Below, in pieces: positions 28,551 to 36,085 of a DNA stretch of 64,000 nucleotides (position 1 is its first letter; the number at the start of each line of letters is the position of its first letter). Below the pieces are notes generated by a model, which worked only from the letters and a program-made list of their open reading frames with translations, was not told the origin of the DNA and ran no database searches. Origin of the DNA: a virus; the IMG/VR virus record IMGVR_UViG_3300045256_000282, positions 1 through 64,000 of that record. One strand, written 5' to 3'. The position numbers and the translations under genes were made by a program.

Positions 28551-29105
28551 ATGGAACTAAAACCTAGTGAAATTGAAGCGATCGAAGAAATTGGTGAATT
28601 AGACGGAAGCCCGGTCAAGATGATCAGAACCATCGGTGGTTTTTGGATCGCCGTTGGTAAGCCTAAAGGCAAAAAAGACCAAGAGGCGCTTGGTGCAGGA
28701 AGTCATCCGGCCATCGTGAAGTACAACGTTGAAAAGCAATTTTCCGCTTTCCAGCCCACCTTAGCTAAAAGCGAGCTAACTGGGTCCTCTGAGAGCGTAA
28801 CTGGCTATACCGAGCTTCTACCTCAAGAGATGCGAAAAAACGGATATGAGATGTTCTCTCTTACAAAAAGTAATGAGATCGAATACGTCCTTACTAAGCA
28901 TGGCGCTCAAGTTCATGTATTTAAAGCCGAAGTGCAAACTGATAAGATCAAGTTTGACAAAGCTGCAAAACCACTCCCGAGCAACTTAAAAGGGTTTTCA
29001 AAAGCAGCTACGACCGTAGCCACCCACAAAGCAAAAGAGCTTGGTAAAGAATTTATCGAATATGACAACGTAAAGTTTCCTATCAAGAAGTTGTTGAAAG
29101 GTTAA
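28551..29105 (+). CDS. Hypothetical head protein
   Basis: 184 aa; LAKSE and LTKSN motifs. Confidence 0.75.
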   Translation: MELKPSEIEAIEEIGELDGSPVKMIRTIGGFWIAVGKPKGKKDQEALGAGSHPAIVKYNVEKQFSAFQPTLAKSELTGSSESVTGYTELLPQEMRKNGYEMFSLTKSNEIEYVLTKHGAQVHVFKAEVQTDKIKFDKAAKPLPSNLKGFSKAATTVATHKAKELGKEFIEYDNVKFPIKKLLKG

Positions 29106-29106
29106 G

Positions 29107-29304
29107 ATGCCAGATACAGCAAGGAAGCTTAAATTGGCTTCAAAACTTAAAGAATCAAAGAATACTAAGCCCGCAGAAAAAATGTGCAAGGAAGATAAGA
29201 AGGCACTGGCTTGCTGGGTAGGAAAAAGACTGCTTGAAAGTCAGGAAAAGATAGAAAAAACTTTGAATGAGATGCGGTTGATTTGCGAGAGGGCAAAAAA
29301 GTAA
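29107..29304 (+). CDS. Hypothetical protein
   Basis: 65 aa, tightly packed, TAATG overlap downstream. Confidence 0.6.
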   Translation: MPDTARKLKLASKLKESKNTKPAEKMCKEDKKALACWVGKRLLESQEKIEKTLNEMRLICERAKK

Positions 29305-30242
29305 TGTCAAAAAGAAAGCCCAAGGGAACACAACTAGATGCCATCAATAGGGGGAGTCAGCCTTTTCAGGTTACTTTTGATCTGTTGAAACAGGATCAGT
29401 TCGTAAACTCCTTAGGGGTTGACTTTATCCACTATAAGGCTATGCCCTCCCCTATAGGACTGAAGGATAGAGGAGATTATCGTCGAAGTGACGGTTTGGA
29501 CACCATAAGCTCAAACGGCATGCTTTACTTTAAAGCTGGGTGTTTTACGGCGACCATGGTTGATAATTCTAAGTCTCAAAAAGCCTCAGAAGGTGCCTTA
29601 CTAGATTACTCAACTTCTAGACTTATAATGCCTAGATTTTACAATACCCAAGAAGAGCAGTCAGACGGCAAAAGAATTTACATGGCCCCTGGCGATAGAG
29701 TCTACATCGCAGACCCGGCAGCCGACATCCTAGTTCCTAACTATCAACGAATGGACTATGAGCCGGACACAGACAACGTTCCCATGTTCCCTATAGCGCA
29801 GATAGAGTTTGTTGAAGATAGTCGCGGAATAATCTACCAAGAAGGTCGGGATTTTGAGATAACCTGCCAAGGAAACATCCGGTGGATACCTTCTGGGCAA
29901 AACCCAGGAATCGACCCTGACACTAAGAAGGGTCGAGTTTATTCGACCAGATACCTCTATAAAGCTTTTTGGTACGTAGTAGCCATTCCCAAAGAGGTGA
30001 GGGTTACGAATGTAACAAACGGGGACGAAAGAGTTCCAGAACGAATGGCCTATCATGCCGTAGTTCAAAGAGAATACATATACCTTAACGTTAACCGTGG
30101 CCAAAACAGCGATGGAAGCACTGGCGCGGGAGACGTAAAGACTCAAGATCAAAAGAGAATCGTAAAGAAACCTAAATCGGGTATCGACCCAGGAGGCCCT
30201 AGCATAAAGGTCAACATGGACGATATCGAGCAGGAATCTTGA
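29304..30242 (+). CDS. Probable neck/head-closure protein
   Basis: Position and beta-rich content (YQEGRDFEI..GNIRW..YSTRYLY); probable ATG at 29304. Confidence 0.55.
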   Translation: MSKRKPKGTQLDAINRGSQPFQVTFDLLKQDQFVNSLGVDFIHYKAMPSPIGLKDRGDYRRSDGLDTISSNGMLYFKAGCFTATMVDNSKSQKASEGALLDYSTSRLIMPRFYNTQEEQSDGKRIYMAPGDRVYIADPAADILVPNYQRMDYEPDTDNVPMFPIAQIEFVEDSRGIIYQEGRDFEITCQGNIRWIPSGQNPGIDPDTKKGRVYSTRYLYKAFWYVVAIPKEVRVTNVTNGDERVPERMAYHAVVQREYIYLNVNRGQNSDGSTGAGDVKTQDQKRIVKKPKSGIDPGGPSIKVNMDDIEQES

Positions 30243-30268
30243 TATAGTACGTAACGAAAGGGCTTAAA

Positions 30269-30724
30269 ATGACAGTTCCAGCAAATAAGAAGATTCGTCA
30301 GATGAAGGGGTCGACCGTAGAGGACGTCCTTAACGCAGCCAGCCTTACCTTTAATAGGGCCTCTGGTGGACAAAAGAACCTTGGGGTTGGACCTCATCTC
30401 AAGCCCCTTCTGGTAGACCCTGCCACGAACACCTATTCAACGGACGCTACCACGGCTAGAACGTTGAGGCCTGGTGTCCTGCTAGCTATCTTCAACAAGG
30501 GTAGCTCTGTATACTCTGTTACATTAGGAAGCGATACCTCGGTTGCTGCTCTTGCAGTGGGTGTGACCAACTCTAACGGAGAAGTTGGCATTCCATGTAA
30601 GCCCGGTGATTGGACCTATCTCTCCACGTTTGATAAGCGTACGGTCATCACTAACAACAACAACCTGGTTGTTTTTGTTGTCGAAGACGATACTTACATC
30701 GTAGACGAAAACCCTAGCCGATAA
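30269..30724 (+). CDS. Hypothetical virion protein
   Basis: 151 aa; AATCTTGA at 30235. Confidence 0.7.
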   Translation: MTVPANKKIRQMKGSTVEDVLNAASLTFNRASGGQKNLGVGPHLKPLLVDPATNTYSTDATTARTLRPGVLLAIFNKGSSVYSVTLGSDTSVAALAVGVTNSNGEVGIPCKPGDWTYLSTFDKRTVITNNNNLVVFVVEDDTYIVDENPSR

Positions 30725-30733
30725 GGAATTCTG

Positions 30734-31642
30734 ATGAAGATCACAGCTTCTGCAGAACAGTTCCTTTCTAAGGCGCTGGGCCAAGATGGCCTAGATGCAC
30801 TGCAGAAGTCTGAGCTTTTTAAGCTAAAGGCCAATAAGGTCGTTCCTATAGACGAGATCAAGACTGCTATGCAGATCGTACCTCGGACTGTAATCACACT
30901 ACTCCACAAAGAACTTGGCGCGATGAAGATCGGTGAAGGCAAGGACGTAGTTCTTCCAGTTCAACCAGAAGCCATCTTACATGTAACCAAATACGACAAC
31001 GACGTTTATAGCGGGGATATCCATAGACCTGGAAACGTTATGGCTAAGTTTCAAGATCGATCACTCCCTGGCGTTGGTTTGATCATCATGTCTACTTTTG
31101 AGCTTTACGATGTATCAGACCTAGCATCGGCAGCTCCAAGCTCCGTGCCTAGCTTAGAAGAGGCTAACGTTCAAAAGATCATTGATGAAAGAATGGGCCT
31201 ACGAGATCTTGTAAGACAAGTAGTTGACCAAAGAATTACGGAAAGAGAAGCGATTGACAGCATCATAAGGATGAGGTTAACTCAAGCTATGGCCGAAGCT
31301 ACTCAAAAAAAAACAGAAAAGCCTGAAGAGGCACCTATGGAATCTAAAAAACCTACGAGTAAGCTTAAAGAGTTTATTGAACGAAGAGCTAGGAAAGCTC
31401 CTAAAGAATTTCAGATCAGCATGGCTAAGAACGAAACCGTTGTATGTGAAGATTGTAAAAAAGAGATCTTCACCAAAGGCGCGTTCTCTGGCTGCATCTG
31501 CTATGGTGACGATCGAAACAACAAGATCTTCATTACTAAGAATGAGAACGGATTTACTATGCGGTTTCCTCGTAGTTGGGATGTGGAAAACGTCCAGATG
31601 CTTTTGGAAACTTTGCGAGATAAGAACAGGGGTTCCAAATGA
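30734..31642 (+). CDS. Hypothetical head protein with C-terminal CxxC...CxC zinc-ribbon-like motif
   Basis: LSKAL, LQKSE, MAKNE motifs; CEDC..GCIC. Confidence 0.7.
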   Translation: MKITASAEQFLSKALGQDGLDALQKSELFKLKANKVVPIDEIKTAMQIVPRTVITLLHKELGAMKIGEGKDVVLPVQPEAILHVTKYDNDVYSGDIHRPGNVMAKFQDRSLPGVGLIIMSTFELYDVSDLASAAPSSVPSLEEANVQKIIDERMGLRDLVRQVVDQRITEREAIDSIIRMRLTQAMAEATQKKTEKPEEAPMESKKPTSKLKEFIERRARKAPKEFQISMAKNETVVCEDCKKEIFTKGAFSGCICYGDDRNNKIFITKNENGFTMRFPRSWDVENVQMLLETLRDKNRGSK

Positions 31643-33114
31643 ACAGATTATTCGTAGCTTTTGATGGCGATAATATGGGCTCACAAGTTGGTCAGGCTGT
31701 CCTTATGGACGATGCTCAACAACTTCACGAGATCTCTCGTCGAATTGATAGCGCTGGACGAGCGATACAGGATTGGGTGGAATCTAACGGAGGCCAGATG
31801 GTCTCGGTTGGTGGGGATGAAGGAACTTTTGTTATCGATCCTTCTATGGAAGAACATCTTGAGGAGTTGAGAGGAGTTTACCAACAGATCAGTGGTGGTA
31901 CCGTAACGTTTGGCGTAGGATACTCTCTAAGTCAAGCCGGTAAGGCTTTGATGGCTGGAAAACTTATGGGAAAAGATATTCTGGTTAGGTATGACGACCA
32001 GGTAGACCACATCCTTTCTGATGCGCATGATCAGGTTCAAACTGGTGGTGGAAGTCCCGAAGCTCAGAAACAAGATGAGCATTATCTTAGCCACGTTGTG
32101 CTAGGCGATGCTGGAAACGGCGAAGAGGATGTTAGCCAAGAATCTGCTGATGAATACGACATGGCTCCAACCTCTAATTCTCCAGATGACCAAGAAATTA
32201 CTCCTGAAGGCGCTGCTGCCGCACAAGAGATGGTAGATGACGCAGCAAATTCAGAAGGCTGCAATTGTCCTGCTTGCCAAGAGCGCCATGCTATGGAGGC
32301 TCAGGGTCAGGGGCCGGAAGAAGAAGCAACTGAGGGTTGCGATTGTCCTGCTTGCCAAGAGCGTCATGCTATGGAGAGTGGTGCTGAAGAGCCTATGCCA
32401 GAGATGGCTACTCAGAATGAAGAAGATCTTCCAGAACAAGACTCTATGCAGATGATTCCAGATGCTCAAGCTGAGGGTTCGGACCTTCCTCCTATGCAGA
32501 TGCCAGAATCTCAAGAAGATCCTCAAAGCGCTATGGGAGAAATGGGCGAAGAAGATGCTATCGAGATTCCAGAGAACGAGTCTTTAGACGAGCAAAAAGA
32601 TCCAGAAGAGATGGTTGCTGCCGCAGTAGGGCCTAATGAAGATCCTGAGCAAGAGGGCGCTGTTCCTGAAGAAAACATGTCAGAAGACGGCTTTCCAGGC
32701 GCAATTCCTGGTGAAGGTGAAGAACCCGTAAATCAAGAAGATCTAGAAGAGATGCAAGATCCTTCAAACGAACAGATGCCTCCCCAACAAGACATGGGAG
32801 CCATGGGTGAATCCCAGGAACAACCTGGGGACCTAGACCTATTGTCCGAACTTTTATCAGATGCAGGATCTACTGATGAGCTTAAACAAAGAATTGCAGC
32901 TATACTTGAAAAGTTTAAAGCGAACAGGGATTCAATCATCTCGATGAAAGATCAGAACCCCGAGATGTACCAATCGATCATACTCATGCTTAAGCAGATG
33001 ATCGACATGGCGAGACATCTAGCCCCATCATCGCCAGAGGAAGATATGCCTCAAGATGAGCAGTCTGTTCCAGAGGAAGCTTCTCAGGAGGAAGCACCTC
33101 TCCCAAAACAGTAG
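31639..33114 (+). CDS. mCpol (minimal CRISPR polymerase / GGDEF-like) nucleotide cyclase domain plus long acidic tail
   Basis: FVAFDGDNMG..VGGDEG..TVTFGVGYSLSQAGKALMAGKLMGKD in the first ~120 aa. Confidence 0.8.
   Translation: MNRLFVAFDGDNMGSQVGQAVLMDDAQQLHEISRRIDSAGRAIQDWVESNGGQMVSVGGDEGTFVIDPSMEEHLEELRGVYQQISGGTVTFGVGYSLSQAGKALMAGKLMGKDILVRYDDQVDHILSDAHDQVQTGGGSPEAQKQDEHYLSHVVLGDAGNGEEDVSQESADEYDMAPTSNSPDDQEITPEGAAAAQEMVDDAANSEGCNCPACQERHAMEAQGQGPEEEATEGCDCPACQERHAMESGAEEPMPEMATQNEEDLPEQDSMQMIPDAQAEGSDLPPMQMPESQEDPQSAMGEMGEEDAIEIPENESLDEQKDPEEMVAAAVGPNEDPEQEGAVPEENMSEDGFPGAIPGEGEEPVNQEDLEEMQDPSNEQMPPQQDMGAMGESQEQPGDLDLLSELLSDAGSTDELKQRIAAILEKFKANRDSIISMKDQNPEMYQSIILMLKQMIDMARHLAPSSPEEDMPQDEQSVPEEASQEEAPLPKQ
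32254..32376 (+). repeat. Two 45-bp direct repeats encoding EGCxCPACQERHAME
   Basis: Copies at 32254-32298 and 32332-32376. Confidence 0.9.
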
Positions 33115-33314
33115 GGTCGGTAGAAAAAGGCGGGAAACTGCCGACCAAGCAAACAACTCGCCACGTAGCAAGAACTAGACAACCCGAAGGTGCTATTAAC
33201 CGTAAGGGTTTTGAAAAAGTCATCGATAACGAGACTGGCAAAACTAGATGGGTAGATCGTAAGAAGCCTGTTGCCCTTGACCTACAGGGCGATCCTACTC
33301 ACGAGAGATTCTAA
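33102..33314 (+). other. Programmed -1 ribosomal frameshift signal and 70-codon -1 frame extension of the mCpol protein
   Basis: C CCA AAA (33102-33108), 6-nt spacer, stem 33115-33123/33138-33146, loop GGCGGG pairing with CTCGCC at 33157-33162; -1 frame open to TAA 33312-33314, which overlaps the next ATG. Confidence 0.8.
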
Positions 33315-34066
33315 TGAACCTTAAGTTTTTTGTTAACGCAGATGATATAGCCAACGAGATGAAGGCTTTTAAAGAAGAGGCTAAGCAGGCGATAGAAGAG
33401 TCTGTTAAGCAACTATCTGCGATGACGCACGCTAAGGTTGTTGAGCTTGCACAAGAAAAGTTAAAAAGTACACGCAAGATCTATACCGACAATTTGGATT
33501 ATCAAGAGCTTGTCCCAGGCTTGTGGGTTGTTAGTTTAGATCAGCCAGCGTTGTGGATCGAAGAAGGCCGTAAATCTGGGGACATGACACAAGACCTGCT
33601 CAAGACTGGCGCTCACATAGCTAAAGATGGAAGTCGATATAAGGCGATTCCTTTTGATCACGGTAAGCCTCCATCTCAGATGGACCCCTTCAGCAGAAAC
33701 TTGGTGGCAAAGATCAAGTCTGAGCTTAAGAAAGCAAACATACCCTTTAAGAAGCTTGAGCTTAACGCAGATGGAAGTCCGAGGATAGGTCGGCTTCATA
33801 CCATGAACATCTCTAGTCCTCACCCAAGCTCGAGGGCTAGTCATCCGGCACTTTCTGGTTTGACCATATATCAAACAAAAGGTGCAAATGGCAAGGTTCG
33901 TCGCGATATAATGACCTTTAGAATGGTAAGCGATAAACATAAAGGCTCTAAGTGGATTCATCCTGGAAGAGACGCCGAGGGCTTCTTTGAAAAAGCTTTA
34001 CAGTGGGCCGAAGATCAGTGGGAAAGAGAGATCCTACCTCAGATCATGGCGAGGTTTGACAAATGA
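33314..34066 (+). CDS. Probable neck/tail-completion protein (HK97 gp10-like)
   Basis: WIEEG, FRMVSDK..SKWIHPG; position. Confidence 0.6.
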   Translation: MNLKFFVNADDIANEMKAFKEEAKQAIEESVKQLSAMTHAKVVELAQEKLKSTRKIYTDNLDYQELVPGLWVVSLDQPALWIEEGRKSGDMTQDLLKTGAHIAKDGSRYKAIPFDHGKPPSQMDPFSRNLVAKIKSELKKANIPFKKLELNADGSPRIGRLHTMNISSPHPSSRASHPALSGLTIYQTKGANGKVRRDIMTFRMVSDKHKGSKWIHPGRDAEGFFEKALQWAEDQWEREILPQIMARFDK

Positions 34067-35052
34067 TATTTGCTGGCGATGTCATCATCAAAGCGGCTAT
34101 AGAGCAAGGTCTTGAAGACATGCGAAAAAACGTGTGGCTTTTAGATGACGTTCTTTCTCAGTTTGTAAAAGAAGAGTCTTTAAAGAACAAGTATGGCCAA
34201 AAAGAGATTGATGCCGCCAAAGAATGGTTCTTGAACAACAACATTTCTGTCTATCTGCAACATCGTATTGATAAGGACCAGCTTCCTGCCGTCATCATTG
34301 GTCTTGGATACTCGAATGAGTTAGATGAGATGAAGCATATGGGAGACCTATCTACCGAGGTAGAAACCCTGATGCCCTCTCAGATCGGAAAACCAATACC
34401 CTACGTCGTTAAGCCCTTCACCCCTACTTCGTACGACGATTCTGAAGGTACCGTAGGATTTCCAAAAGAACTAAATATCCAGCCAATCGCTCCTGGCATG
34501 ATTCTTGTCGATCCAGATACAGGGAATGGCTATGAGATTAAGGCCATACTGCCTGGAAGAAAGATCCAGATCGAGCCTAACTTAGACTTAGATTCTACTA
34601 GGTTGGCTGTTGTTCCTAAATATCAGTTTTATAGGGTTAGAAGAGAACACAGCTTTTTTGCTGAAAGTTACACGATCGGTTGCCACGTCCATGGGGATGT
34701 TGCCCCCCTTCTTTGGCTCCATGCGATAGTGGCATACATTCTTCTACGTTATCGAGAAAGCCTACTTGAAGGCAGATGCTTTAGCCAAAGCAAGATCTCA
34801 AGCTCCGACCTTATGCCAAACCAGGATATGAACGTCCCTGGAGGGGAAAACGTGTATTCAAGGTATATAACCCTTACGGGTCAGGTGGAGAACTCGTGGT
34901 TAAAAACCCCTAAAAGGGTTATCGAGTCTGCGATTTTGGAAAATGAGCCGGACAAAGAAGAGGGTTTTAAGGGTGGAATCAAGATCATAAGCCAACAAGC
35001 CCCTGATTTTTTAGACTCTGAAGAAGAGCCCTGGACCACAATCGATGAGTAA
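34063..35052 (+). CDS. Probable tail terminator/neck protein
   Basis: LPAVIIGL, YSRYITL; position before sheath. Confidence 0.5.
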   Translation: MIFAGDVIIKAAIEQGLEDMRKNVWLLDDVLSQFVKEESLKNKYGQKEIDAAKEWFLNNNISVYLQHRIDKDQLPAVIIGLGYSNELDEMKHMGDLSTEVETLMPSQIGKPIPYVVKPFTPTSYDDSEGTVGFPKELNIQPIAPGMILVDPDTGNGYEIKAILPGRKIQIEPNLDLDSTRLAVVPKYQFYRVRREHSFFAESYTIGCHVHGDVAPLLWLHAIVAYILLRYRESLLEGRCFSQSKISSSDLMPNQDMNVPGGENVYSRYITLTGQVENSWLKTPKRVIESAILENEPDKEEGFKGGIKIISQQAPDFLDSEEEPWTTIDE

Positions 35053-35069
35053 GAGGTAATCTTTAGCAT

Positions 35070-35462
35070 ATGACCGTCAAGGATAATTTAAAGAAAGCGT
35101 TACATAAGGCTATCTTAAAGGCTTACCAAAATGGTAAGAAGTCTAAGGTCGTAGCCGACGTTATACACGATATAAGAGATCCTAACAACGTTCCTCAGGT
35201 ACCCGCTAAAGATCTTCCGGCTCCTGCTGAGGGCGTTTTAAACAAAGACATATCTCTATCAGAAATTCATCAACAAAAACAAGCTAATGCCATGGCTAAG
35301 CTAGGCCAGGCCCCAAAGGCACCAAGTCAATCTGGCGCGTTTAAGCAGGCCTCTATGGGCGCAAGTCCTAAGATGCCTAAAAGTTCAAAGCCTTTACAAT
35401 CCTTCATGCAAAAAAAGGAAGAAAAAAGGAACCTTAGCAAGAAATCAGCGAAAGGTATATAA
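35070..35462 (+). CDS. Basic hypothetical protein (possible internal head protein)
   Basis: 130 aa; LKKA, LHKA motifs; AATCTTTA at 35058. Confidence 0.65.
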   Translation: MTVKDNLKKALHKAILKAYQNGKKSKVVADVIHDIRDPNNVPQVPAKDLPAPAEGVLNKDISLSEIHQQKQANAMAKLGQAPKAPSQSGAFKQASMGASPKMPKSSKPLQSFMQKKEEKRNLSKKSAKGI

Positions 35463-35524
35463 CTTATTGATTTTTAAAGGCTTTTTTTGAGCCCAGAATC
35501 TTTATTAGGTTAGGAGAGTACAAC

Positions 35525-35809
35525 GTGAGCAAAAAAGAGTATACCGCAAAAGAAGCTGCCGTCGCCCTTCTTGACAAGATCAAGGCAAAGGCGCAGGTAC
35601 GAATGGCAAAGTCTGAGCCTGTAAAAGGCGAGAGTTTACAAAAAGCAAGCCCTGAGAACCAAAACATGGCCCAGGTTGCTGATATTAAAGCCCCACAGGC
35701 GGAAGCTCCTAAGGCTAACGAGAAGATGATTCCGAAGCAAAAAGAGCTTAAGCTTAAAAAGTTTATGGAACATATGACGGCTAAACGGAGCAAAAAACAT
35801 GGGTCGTAA
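35525..35809 (+). CDS. Basic hypothetical protein (possible internal head protein)
   Basis: GTG start after AGGAG; MAKSE, LQKAS; AATCTTTA at 35497. Confidence 0.65.
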   Translation: MSKKEYTAKEAAVALLDKIKAKAQVRMAKSEPVKGESLQKASPENQNMAQVADIKAPQAEAPKANEKMIPKQKELKLKKFMEHMTAKRSKKHGS

Positions 35810-36071
35810 GCGTAATCCAGAAAATAAAACTCGAGTGGAAGACATTCGAGAAAAGCTGGAGCAGAGCAAGCAAAACTATGCTGCTCCTCAGATCAGTTCT
35901 AACGAGCTGACTGCCCGTGACGCGTTCTCAGAGTTTTGGTCTCGTGTACGCAAAGAATATAATCGTCCTCGTGAATTGGAACCAATCATTTGGGCGCATT
36001 TGAAATCATCGGGTCATGATCAACCTCAGTTATTTGAGGAAGGTTTGACTCATTTTGGTCTAAAGAAGTAA
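35799..36071 (+). CDS. Hypothetical protein upstream of sheath
   Basis: 90 aa, overlapping coupling. Confidence 0.7.
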   Translation: MGRKRNPENKTRVEDIREKLEQSKQNYAAPQISSNELTARDAFSEFWSRVRKEYNRPRELEPIIWAHLKSSGHDQPQLFEEGLTHFGLKK

Positions 36072-36085
36072 GGGAGTAGGAAAAA

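Noticed and set aside
33112-33123. Stop-codon readthrough at the mCpol TAG
   Set aside because: A second in-frame TAG follows at 33121-33123; only the -1 frame stays open.
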